Assembly: GCA_965200245.1 (NCBI GenBank)
Contig: CBDATS010000015.1
Span: 192,001-256,000, forward strand
DNA: 64,000 nucleotides
Direction of reading: 5' to 3'
Origin: a bacterium
GTDB taxonomy: Bacteria; UBA8248
Each line of letters starts with the position of its first letter. The stretch's first letter is position 1. The notes under the pieces are model-generated. The model had not been told where the DNA came from. It did not search any database and was given only the letters and a program-made list of their open reading frames with translations. Positions 20,144 through 28,757 of this stretch are shown piece by piece. The position numbers and the translations under genes were made by a program.

Positions 20144-21187
20144 TTGGCCCCGAGCCGCAAGAAGCCGAAGAGTTCCTTGGCGGCGATCTCCAAAGTGCAG
20201 AACGTACCGACACAACCCATCTATCTTTTGGAAGGCAAGGACTCTTTTTTGCGCGATGAGTATCTTCGTATCATCCGTCTAAAGGTTTTTGGCGATGGAC
20301 GGGATGATTTTAACCTTGATCGATTCGACTGGAACAGTATAGATGCGTCTGAAATCATCACCATTGCTCAGACACTGCCGTTTATGGCCGAAAAGCGCCT
20401 CGTTGAAATTCTCAATTTCGCAAGGCCAGACGATAAGGATGAATCCATCTTCCTCTCTTATTTGGAGCAACCATCCACGTCCACGGTTCTGGTTTTTTGC
20501 GCTGAAAACGTCGACATGCGGACGTTATTTTTTCAGCGTCTGGCGAAGGCAAGCGTAGTTTGTCAGGTGGATATCCTGGAGGGCGAAGAATTAAAGAAAT
20601 GGCTCCACGGGCGCGCCGCAGCGCTGGGGATTGAGTTGCGGCCGGAGGCTGCTGATATCCTGATCGAGATGGTACAGCCCTCCATGATGTGCCTTGATAC
20701 GGAACTCGAGAAAATCGCTACCTATCTCATGCCGGAAAAGCTTGCTGGTGCGGAGGAAATTCGTGACATTGTCCGGCATTCCAGAGAGGAATTGCTATAT
20801 AAACTGGGCGATTCGCTCAGCCATGGAAGCTTGAGAGAAACCCTTGCTCTCTTGCGCCGAATGATGGAAACCGAGCACCCAGTCGTGTTTGTCGGGTTGT
20901 TGCGGAATTTGATTCGGCGCTGGACGATTTCGAAGGCTTTGATCAGAAGCGACCGAAGCGCTCAGGGGATTTCCCAGGTACTGGGTTTGCCCCCCTTTGT
21001 CGCACGAAGGCTTGAGAATCAGGTGAGGGGGTTTCGTTCCGCTTATTTGCGCGAACTGTATGGAAAGCTGCTTCAGGTGGATCGCAAACTCAAGCGTACA
21101 AACGACGTAAGAGCCGCTCGCCGCACACTGGAGTTGTTTCTGGTGGAGGTGCGTTCCTCAAGAAGCGGAACGCATAAGGTTGCCTAG
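20144..21187 (+). CDS. holA: DNA polymerase III delta subunit
   Basis: PIYLLEG.D.FL, AQTLPFMAEKRLV, ELEKIATY, D.KLK. Start moved to TTG 20144; lptE-holA-rpsT synteny. Confidence 0.9.
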   Translation: MAPSRKKPKSSLAAISKVQNVPTQPIYLLEGKDSFLRDEYLRIIRLKVFGDGRDDFNLDRFDWNSIDASEIITIAQTLPFMAEKRLVEILNFARPDDKDESIFLSYLEQPSTSTVLVFCAENVDMRTLFFQRLAKASVVCQVDILEGEELKKWLHGRAAALGIELRPEAADILIEMVQPSMMCLDTELEKIATYLMPEKLAGAEEIRDIVRHSREELLYKLGDSLSHGSLRETLALLRRMMETEHPVVFVGLLRNLIRRWTISKALIRSDRSAQGISQVLGLPPFVARRLENQVRGFRSAYLRELYGKLLQVDRKLKRTNDVRAARRTLELFLVEVRSSRSGTHKVA

Positions 21188-21442
21188 CTACTTGGAAGAG
21201 ACAGCGAGAACCCTCTTGGCCAATCTCCCTGCACGTCTCGAAGCCGTTTTTTTATGAATGACCCCTTTCGTTGCAGCTCGGTCCAGTTGAGATTGGGCTT
21301 TTTTCAGTAGTTCTTCTGTATTTTCCTCCTTACTCAAGGCCTGCTTGATTGTATTTCGAAACTGCGTTCGAATGGCACGGTTTTTGGCACGACGAACGAT
21401 GTTCTGGCGATTGCGCTTTTTGGCTGACCGGATGTGTGGCAA
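21188..21442 (-). CDS. rpsT: 30S ribosomal protein S20
   Basis: MPHIRSAKKRNRQ...LDRAATKGVIHKKTASRR; TTG start with SD GGAGAAAGGA. Confidence 0.97.
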   Translation of the reverse strand: MPHIRSAKKRNRQNIVRRAKNRAIRTQFRNTIKQALSKEENTEELLKKAQSQLDRAATKGVIHKKTASRRAGRLAKRVLAVSSK

Positions 21443-21481
21443 TTTGTTCCTTTCTCCGTGAATATAGTTGCAAAGTCTCTC

Positions 21482-21533
21482 TTGAGGCTGTTCGACAGCG
21501 TCGGTAAAATATCACGGAACGAAGGGTTGTCAA
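21482..21533. promoter_or_regulatory. Overlapping divergent sigma70 promoters for murJ (+) and rpsT (-)
   Basis: + strand: TTGAGG(21482-87)-17-TAAAAT(21505-10). - strand: TTGACA(21533-28)-16-TATTTT(21511-06) with extended TGn. Confidence 0.55.
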
Positions 21534-21560
21534 GCTCACCGCCCCGGTGTCAGGTATTTT

Positions 21561-23240
21561 GTGACCACGCCACCTGAATCCTCCAACCCAGGAAGAAAAG
21601 AAAACGTTTCTCCCGCTGCGCCGGCAGATAATAGCGACCCACCCGTGGGGGAGAGTATCTCAAGATTTGCAGGTCCCGTCAGTCTGGCAACTCTTGTCAG
21701 CCGGGTGGCTGGTTTTTTTCGGGATTTGCTCATCGCCAAATTTTTTGGTGCCGCGATGATGGCTGACGCCTTTTTTGTCGCTTTCTCTATTCCCAATCTT
21801 TTCCGGCGCATGTTTATGGAAGGAGCCCTGAGTTCCTCGTTCCTTCCAGTCTACGCAGACGTTCGGGAACGATCCGGAACCAGACAGGCCCGAAAATTTG
21901 CAGGCGGCATGTTGGTGTTTCTTATACTCGCTGGAAGCGCGGGCTGTGCGGTCGGGATTTGGTTCGCTGAGCCTTTAATGAGAGCGCTGGCTCCTGGATT
22001 TTCGAACAATCCGGGGAAACTGGATCTTGCTGCACAACTCACCAGAATCATGTTTCCGTTCATCATTTTTATCGGGTTGTGGGCGGTCGCCGCCGGTATG
22101 CTGAACGCGGCTCGACGCTTTTTCGTTCCTGCCTTGGCGCCAGCGATTCAAAACGCGATAATCATCTTTGCCCTGCTGGCGGCCGATTACCTGGTCAGCA
22201 GGGTGGAAGCCATTCGTTGGCTTGCGTGGGCCGTCGTAATTGGCGGAGCGACGCAGTTTATTTTTCTGCTCCCCTTTATGGGGAAATTGAAGATACTGCC
22301 GTTGCCCTCCATTTCCTGGAGGGTGGAGGGCCTCGGTAAGTGCCTTGCGTTGATGGGGCCGGCGGCTCTTGGAGGCGCTATTTTTCAGATCAATATTCTC
22401 GTTGATCGGTGGCTTGCATCATTCTTGGCCGAAGGGTCCATCTCTTTCCTCTACTATGCAAACCGCCTGGTTCAACTTCCTCACGGCATGCTGAGCCTGG
22501 CTGTGGTTTCCGCCGTTTTACCGGTCATGTCCGACTACGCGGCGAAGAATCGAGAAAATTCCGAGTCCGGAGATTCTGAGCGCAACACAATACTCGAGGC
22601 GGGGCGTCTGATGCTTTTCATCACCATTCCCTCTGCATTCGGTCTGATGGCATTAGCACATCCGATCATCGAGGTTATTTTCGAGCGTGGTGCTTTTACT
22701 GAGGACCATACCGTTGCGAGCGCGGCCGCCTTGCGGGCGTATGCAGCGGGATTGGTTTTTTTTGGATTCACGAGGCTTTTGGCAGGGGTATTCCATGCCC
22801 GATTGAATACGAGCTTTCCGGTACGGTGCGCCAATGTGGCCGTGCTAGCGAACGTAGCTCTCAGCATCGCACTTATGTTTCCTTTGGGGTTTGTCGGGCT
22901 CGCGCTCGCTACATCATGCGCGAGTGCTTTGAACACGGTGTTGTTGATGAGAGGCGTTCAGCGCGAATGGCTCGATTTCCCCAAAAAAGAGTTGCTCCGG
23001 TCCCTAAGCAGGCTTCTCGTGCTGGGTTTTGGGGCAGTGTTACTTGTGTATTTTCTCCATATTCAACTTATTCATTTGCAATTGTGGGATGCGCAGGGTT
23101 CATCGCTTCGCAAATTCCTGTTGATAATTTTCGAAATATCCTTGGCCGCCGGCTTCTATATTTTTCTGGCGAAAAAATTTGACTCCTCCTCTTATGAATC
23201 ATGGCGCCGTTTCACCCGCTCCGCATGGAGGAAATCCTGA
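21561..23240 (+). CDS. murJ: Lipid II flippase MurJ (MviN)
   Basis: SRVAGFFRD, ADAFFVAFSIPNLFRR, EGAL, YYANRLVQLP, FERGAF; many TM helices. Confidence 0.96.
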   Translation: MTTPPESSNPGRKENVSPAAPADNSDPPVGESISRFAGPVSLATLVSRVAGFFRDLLIAKFFGAAMMADAFFVAFSIPNLFRRMFMEGALSSSFLPVYADVRERSGTRQARKFAGGMLVFLILAGSAGCAVGIWFAEPLMRALAPGFSNNPGKLDLAAQLTRIMFPFIIFIGLWAVAAGMLNAARRFFVPALAPAIQNAIIIFALLAADYLVSRVEAIRWLAWAVVIGGATQFIFLLPFMGKLKILPLPSISWRVEGLGKCLALMGPAALGGAIFQINILVDRWLASFLAEGSISFLYYANRLVQLPHGMLSLAVVSAVLPVMSDYAAKNRENSESGDSERNTILEAGRLMLFITIPSAFGLMALAHPIIEVIFERGAFTEDHTVASAAALRAYAAGLVFFGFTRLLAGVFHARLNTSFPVRCANVAVLANVALSIALMFPLGFVGLALATSCASALNTVLLMRGVQREWLDFPKKELLRSLSRLLVLGFGAVLLVYFLHIQLIHLQLWDAQGSSLRKFLLIIFEISLAAGFYIFLAKKFDSSSYESWRRFTRSAWRKS

Positions 23241-23258
23241 ATAAATGAGGTTCGGTCC

Positions 23259-24182
23259 ATGACAAAAGAGAAAAACGGTTCACTCGATGCGCGTTTGGCT
23301 GATATTTCGAGGGTTTTTCGGGACTTTCTCCTGATCGAGCGTCGTCGCGCGGCGAATACCGTAGAGAGTTACGGGCGTGATGTGGAATCGTTTTTCTTTT
23401 GGCTTCAGGAGAACGATAAAGTTTCTCCATCGAACTGGTCAAAGAGCACCTTAATTGATTATCTCAAGGATAAGCGCGAGCAGGAAAAATCAGACACAAC
23501 ACTGCGTCGTCACTTGGCATCTATTCGCGCACTCGCCAGACTGCTGGTCCGAGATGGATATATTGAACAGGATTTTACGGCGGACATCGTGCAGCCCTCA
23601 AGGTGGAAGCGGTTGCCCAAGACACTTTCTCAGGAGGATATGTCCCAGATATTGCTGGCACCCGATGGCAAAACTCCCCAGGCTGTTCGGGACAGGGCGA
23701 TGTTCGAACTCTTATACGCCACAGGCATGCGAGTCAGCGAGCTCATTCAACTCAAGCTCAACCAGATTGAGATTGGATCGGGTTTTTGCATCGTTCATGG
23801 CAAGGGAGATAAATCCCGGCTTGTTCCGATAGGAGATGCGGCGAAAGACATGCTGGGAGATTATCTCGATACAGCTCGGCTGAGTCTTTTACGCGCCCGA
23901 AAGTCGGATTATGTGTTTCTGACTGGCAGGGGAGAGCCCATGACCCGTCAGGCCTTTTGGGCGCGGGTCAAGAGATGGTCAAAGGTAGCAGGTGTGGGCA
24001 AAGGCGTGAGTCCTCATGTATTTCGACACAGCTTCGCAACTCATTTGCTCAACCACGGAGCCGACCTGCGCGCCGTACAAGCCATGCTAGGGCATTCGGA
24101 TATCTCGACCACCGAAGTCTACACACATGTGGACAGACAAAAACTTCGGGGGCTCTTGGATAAGAGCCACCCGAGAGGATAG
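23259..24182 (+). CDS. xerD: Site-specific tyrosine recombinase XerD
   Basis: RDRAMFELLYATGMRVSEL, GKGDKSR, MTRQAFW, SPHVFRHSFATHLL, TTEVYTHV, C-terminal HPRG. Confidence 0.93.
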   Translation: MTKEKNGSLDARLADISRVFRDFLLIERRRAANTVESYGRDVESFFFWLQENDKVSPSNWSKSTLIDYLKDKREQEKSDTTLRRHLASIRALARLLVRDGYIEQDFTADIVQPSRWKRLPKTLSQEDMSQILLAPDGKTPQAVRDRAMFELLYATGMRVSELIQLKLNQIEIGSGFCIVHGKGDKSRLVPIGDAAKDMLGDYLDTARLSLLRARKSDYVFLTGRGEPMTRQAFWARVKRWSKVAGVGKGVSPHVFRHSFATHLLNHGADLRAVQAMLGHSDISTTEVYTHVDRQKLRGLLDKSHPRG

Positions 24183-24215
24183 AGAAGATTGCGAAACCAA
24201 TATAAATTTCTTTTG

Positions 24216-24244
24216 TTGACGCCTGAAATTCTGGGGCGTACGAT
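24216..24244 (+). promoter_or_regulatory. Sigma70-type promoter upstream of phoH
   Basis: TTGACG (24216-21), 17-nt spacer, TACGAT (24239-44). Confidence 0.65.
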
Positions 24245-24306
24245 TTAGAGGCGCATGGGATTCCGATTCTAGAATCGAGATATAAAATACAGGGAGCCTG
24301 AATCTT

Positions 24307-25263
24307 TTGGCGATAAGAATGTCTGCAAGCCCGCTAGCCGGGCCGGATAGATTGGTTCATATAATCGGGAATCGGGATGAATCTTTACAGGCCCTGGAGA
24401 AGGCGTTTGACGTAAAAATCAGAATTGCATCAGAGGGGTTCGTGGTGGAGGGCCCATCCGATACGGCGGACAAAGCCCGACTGTTTCTTGACGAGTTGAT
24501 CGAATGCGTGGATGAGGGATTTCGGTTCGATTCGTATAACGTCAAAACACTGGCTCAAACCGTTGCTTTGGAACAAAACGTTACGCTTCGTTCTCTGGTG
24601 ACCAATCGGATATCTGTTTCTCCCAAGAAACGATATGTCGTTCCCAAAGGCCCTGTCCAGAGCGAGTACATTCGAGCGATCCGTGAAAAGGGGGTAACTT
24701 TCGGAGTCGGACCGGCTGGCACGGGAAAGACATATCTGGCGATGGCGATGGCGGTTTCCGGGTTGCTGGACAAGGCATACGCTCGTATCGTTTTGACCAG
24801 GCCAGTCGTAGAGGCAGGCGAGAAACTCGGGTTCTTGCCTGGTGATTTGCAAGAGAAGGTGAATCCGTATCTCAGGCCGCTGTTTGATGCCCTTAACGAT
24901 ATGGTGGAATACGAACGTGTGGAACGTTTCATTCAAAGAGGCGAGGTTGAGATAGCTCCGCTTGCCTATATGAGGGGGCGTTCTCTGAATGATTCCTTTA
25001 TTATTCTGGATGAGGCGCAAAACACGACACCCGAGCAGATGAAAATGTTCCTCACCCGTCTCGGCACCCGGAGCAAGGCGGTAGTAACGGGAGATATTAC
25101 ACAAATCGATTTGCCAGAAACTTCGGGGTGCGGGCTGATTCATGCCCGAGATGTCTTGGGGGGATTGGGAGAAGTCAGTTTCGTCTATTTCAGTGAACGA
25201 GATGTGGTTCGCACGCAATTGGTGAGAAAAATTGTTGCTGCTTACGAAGCCCACAGCTTATAA
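24307..25263 (+). CDS. phoH: PhoH family ATPase (YbeZ-like)
   Basis: GPAGTGKTYLA, RPVVEAGEKLGFLPGD, APLAYMRGR, LDEAQN, GDITQIDL. Confidence 0.95.
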   Translation: MAIRMSASPLAGPDRLVHIIGNRDESLQALEKAFDVKIRIASEGFVVEGPSDTADKARLFLDELIECVDEGFRFDSYNVKTLAQTVALEQNVTLRSLVTNRISVSPKKRYVVPKGPVQSEYIRAIREKGVTFGVGPAGTGKTYLAMAMAVSGLLDKAYARIVLTRPVVEAGEKLGFLPGDLQEKVNPYLRPLFDALNDMVEYERVERFIQRGEVEIAPLAYMRGRSLNDSFIILDEAQNTTPEQMKMFLTRLGTRSKAVVTGDITQIDLPETSGCGLIHARDVLGGLGEVSFVYFSERDVVRTQLVRKIVAAYEAHSL

Positions 25264-25362
25264 GCAAGTGCTCGATAAAGTACTTTTATAGCCAGGGGCG
25301 TTCACATATAGCCGGTACGTCCACGATCCCTTTGATGCTGAAGGATTCTGGAGGTTAATCGC

Positions 25363-27849
25363 GTGATCCATCGAGCCGGCGTCGGAAAATCTGCCGGGAA
25401 ATCGAAAAACATGTTTTTGCAGTTAACTGCGTCGGCTGGGCGGTCGATAGCAGGTTGTGCCTTGGCGTTTACGCGCATGAGGGTCTATCCGTGGATTCTG
25501 GGCGGGGTGCTGGCCATTCTGCTCTCGTTTTTGCTTGCAACCGATCTTTCGGCTCCTCGCGTGTCTTTTGATGTGGGTGATGTCGTTCCGAGGGATATCA
25601 AGGCCCCTCAGGATATGCGTGTAGTCGATCCCATCGCCACGAATGCGAAGCGTCAGGCGGCCAGAGAAAAAGTCCTGCCACATTACGATATCGATACCCA
25701 ACTTTCCCGAGTCGTCCTCACAAAATTGAGTGGCGCTTTTGAATCCATTCAGCGGACAATTGACCAGGAACTCGAAAAGATCAAAGTCTCGCAGTTGAGT
25801 ATCCGGGCCAAGCAGAGAAGCCGGACGCTTTTTTCCGAGTCGGATGCCTATCGGGAAATGTACTCCACCTCCGCCTTCATCAAGGCCGAGAAGGAGTTTC
25901 ATGAACTGGTGGGTAGAACCGTTCCGGAAGAATTGTCGAATTGGCTCAGAAATGAGAGATTCGCAAACTGGATTCGGGATGACATAACCAAGTTGTTGAG
26001 GGCCGCGTTCTCACGTCAAATCGTTAGTGATAAGCGGCTATATGCCACCCATGTAGCGAAGGGCATTACGTCGCGCGACATAAGAACGGGAAACAGCGTC
26101 TCCCTCAGTCCATCTATGAATCCTCTGGAACTCCGACAGGTTGACAAATTCCTGAAGCAAGCCAGCCAGAAACTGGCCCTCAGAATTCCCCGGCGTATGC
26201 GCGGTTTGCTGATCTCACAAGTTGTGAAAATGGTTCAACCTACGTTGACGTTTAACAACAGGGTAACCCTTGAGGGCAGAGAAAAGGCTGCGGCCTCCAT
26301 TGCGTCTGTATCCGAGGTTCTCAAGCAAGGGGAGATGATTGTTCGCGAAGGAGAGCGATTAAGCGAAAGGCAAATCATCAAACTCAAAAGCCTGGAAAAA
26401 ATCTACCGGCAAAGCCATATTTTAGGTAACGTAACCGGAATGGCTGTTGTGATTTTTACCTTGCTCGTTCTGGCATGGATTTGTGTGCAGAAATACGACG
26501 TGAATTTTTTATCATCCCATAAAAACGTATCACTTTTTGTGATTCTGCTGTTGACCCAGGTAATCTTGTTGAAGATGGGGATTTTTTTCTCCGAGGTGTT
26601 GCATGAAACGTTTCGGGGGATTCCACTGCATTCGTTTTATTACGTCATTCCATTTTCCTCCGCACCCCTTCTCGTAGCCGTTTTGTTGGGACGTTCCCCC
26701 GCTGTATTGATGGCGGTTTTTTCTGCCGTTCTGACCGCACTGATCTTGCCGAATCATATGAACTTCAGCCTCGTTGCCTTGGCCGGTGGCGTGCTGGCTG
26801 CCGTTCGGTGGAAACAATACAGGCGCAGGACTTCTGTGCTGGTTGTGGCACTGATTTTGGGTCTGTTGGGTGCTGCGCTTGCCGTGGGCTTTAATATGCA
26901 GGAGGGTTTCAGTGCTGTAATTGTACAATGGACGGATGTTCCCATCGCCTTGCTCGGTGGTCTTGCGAACGTCATCATCGTGGCAGGTGCCATGCCATTG
27001 TTAGAGTCGATTTTCAAACTCACGACAGATATGCGTCTACTTGAGTTGGCCGATCAGAATCACCCGCTGCTGAGAAAAATGGTCGTCAATGCGCCGGGTA
27101 CCTATCACCACAGCCTTCTCGTGGGTAATTTGGCCGAGGAGGCATCCGAGTCGATCGGTGCGAACCCGCTTCTTGCACGGGTGGGTGCGTATTTTCACGA
27201 TATCGGCAAGATATCGAAGCCGGAGTATTTCATCGAGAACCAGGGACGCGAAAACCGTCACGACAGACTCAAGCCCAACATGAGTGCTCTTGTCCTGATC
27301 AGCCATGTAAAAGAAGGTATCGAACTCGCCAGAAACCATCAACTGCCCAGAGAAATTATCGATCTGATTCAACAACATCACGGGACATCCCTGATTCGAT
27401 TTTTCTACGAGAAAGCGAAGAAGCTAAACGGGGATGGTGTGACAGAAGAATTTTTCCGCTACCCGGGGCCGAGACCCCAGACGAAAGAAGCGGGCATCCT
27501 GATGCTGGCCGATATGGTAGAGGCATCGTCACGCTCACTTCCGGACCATTCTCTCGGGCGCCTTAGCGCGTTGGTGAAAAGAATTATCGAGAGCGCCTTT
27601 GTGGAGGGGCAATTGGATAATTGCAGCCTCACGCTGAGGGATTTGAGTAACATTCAGGAAGCTTTTATGCGGGTTTTGGTAGGCATCCATCATCACCGGA
27701 TTCATTACCCGGGGCAAGAAGATGTCTCCAGAAGAGGGGCTGCGAATGGAAATTCTCGTCAAAAACGATCAGAAGCTTTTCGCGTTGGATCACAAGGCAC
27801 TGGGGCAGCGCTTGGAGGTCATACGGCAGGCTATCGGCTCAGAGGATGA
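25363..27849 (+). CDS. 7TM-HD/HDIG membrane phosphohydrolase (PgpH-like)
   Basis: N-terminal TM, large extracytoplasmic domain, 7 TM helices, APGTYHHS, YFHDIGK, HHGTS, FRYPGPRP, MLAD; phoH-HD-ybeY synteny. Confidence 0.9.
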   Translation: MIHRAGVGKSAGKSKNMFLQLTASAGRSIAGCALAFTRMRVYPWILGGVLAILLSFLLATDLSAPRVSFDVGDVVPRDIKAPQDMRVVDPIATNAKRQAAREKVLPHYDIDTQLSRVVLTKLSGAFESIQRTIDQELEKIKVSQLSIRAKQRSRTLFSESDAYREMYSTSAFIKAEKEFHELVGRTVPEELSNWLRNERFANWIRDDITKLLRAAFSRQIVSDKRLYATHVAKGITSRDIRTGNSVSLSPSMNPLELRQVDKFLKQASQKLALRIPRRMRGLLISQVVKMVQPTLTFNNRVTLEGREKAAASIASVSEVLKQGEMIVREGERLSERQIIKLKSLEKIYRQSHILGNVTGMAVVIFTLLVLAWICVQKYDVNFLSSHKNVSLFVILLLTQVILLKMGIFFSEVLHETFRGIPLHSFYYVIPFSSAPLLVAVLLGRSPAVLMAVFSAVLTALILPNHMNFSLVALAGGVLAAVRWKQYRRRTSVLVVALILGLLGAALAVGFNMQEGFSAVIVQWTDVPIALLGGLANVIIVAGAMPLLESIFKLTTDMRLLELADQNHPLLRKMVVNAPGTYHHSLLVGNLAEEASESIGANPLLARVGAYFHDIGKISKPEYFIENQGRENRHDRLKPNMSALVLISHVKEGIELARNHQLPREIIDLIQQHHGTSLIRFFYEKAKKLNGDGVTEEFFRYPGPRPQTKEAGILMLADMVEASSRSLPDHSLGRLSALVKRIIESAFVEGQLDNCSLTLRDLSNIQEAFMRVLVGIHHHRIHYPGQEDVSRRGAANGNSRQKRSEAFRVGSQGTGAALGGHTAGYRLRG

Positions 27850-28246
27850 CTGGTTGAGTATCGTATTCCTTCGAGACGATAAAATGCGAGCGTTGAATTT
27901 CCGATATCGCGGGGAAAAGGAAACGACTGATGTATTGGCTTTTCCGCCAGCGGAATTTTTCCCGGCCGCGAGTGAGCAACAAGATGGGAAAACATTCTTG
28001 GGCGAATTGGTCATCTGCGTGGATGAGGTGATTCGACAGGCGGATAATCAGGCACTTGATTACGGAATGTTGGCAGACCGTCTGCTTGTGCATGGCCTTT
28101 TGCATCTCAAGGGATATGATCATTACACGAAGTCGGAATGCGCGAGGATGAGAGAGGAAGAAAAAAAAATTGCCCGCCTGCTTGACGGGGAATGGTTACT
28201 CAAACGGGAGCCAGGAAGTTCTTCCCCATCGGGTGGGAGATCGTGA
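27746..28246 (+). CDS. ybeY: rRNA maturation endoribonuclease YbeY
   Basis: LNFRYRG...TDVLAFP, LGELVI, HGLLHLKGYDH. Start at ATG 27746 overlaps the HD gene tail. Confidence 0.93.
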   Translation: MEILVKNDQKLFALDHKALGQRLEVIRQAIGSEDDWLSIVFLRDDKMRALNFRYRGEKETTDVLAFPPAEFFPAASEQQDGKTFLGELVICVDEVIRQADNQALDYGMLADRLLVHGLLHLKGYDHYTKSECARMREEEKKIARLLDGEWLLKREPGSSSPSGGRS

Positions 28247-28356
28247 GTTCGTGCCGTCCTTGCGGGTGTGTGGATGAGCACCGGGAGTTTAGAGAAGACC
28301 TGTAATCGATTCCGCCCTGATTTGATTACCGAATACTCGCAATTAGTGGTGGTGAA

Positions 28357-28755
28357 ATGGGTAGTCTTCGACTCATCGTCGGCTTGATTCTGGCGTTGGC
28401 GATTTCAAGCTTTGGCGTCATCAACATGAACCCGGTGACTGTCGCCTATTATCAGGGTTCCATCAATTTGCCTCTTTTCTATGTTCTTCTGGTGGTATTT
28501 GCATGCGGGTTCATGGTGGCTTGGCTTGGTGGCACCTTGGATAGATTGAAGTTCAGAAACCAAATCGTAAAATTAAAGCGCGAAGTAAAGACGTTGGAAA
28601 GCAATTTGGGTAAAGCACGCAAGAAAAGTGGCAAATTCCTTCCCATGGGCAATCCAGATACAGATGATTCGGCAAATACGGGCCATGGGCGCGCGTCAGA
28701 AATCAATCCCAAATCCGAAATGAGTCTCTCACCCCGCGAATCAAGGGCGGAGTAG
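28357..28755 (+). CDS. lapA: LapA family (lipopolysaccharide assembly protein A) membrane protein
   Basis: Two TM helices around F...N...V.V.Y.....LPL, followed by basic coiled coil KLKREVKTLE. Confidence 0.75.
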   Translation: MGSLRLIVGLILALAISSFGVINMNPVTVAYYQGSINLPLFYVLLVVFACGFMVAWLGGTLDRLKFRNQIVKLKREVKTLESNLGKARKKSGKFLPMGNPDTDDSANTGHGRASEINPKSEMSLSPRESRAE

Positions 28756-28757
28756 TT

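Noticed and set aside
23259-24182. Tyrosine recombinase as a possible phage/ICE integrase
   Set aside because: The sequence is chromosomal XerD type (MTRQAFW, HPRG end), it is flanked by core genes, and there are no att repeats or cargo.
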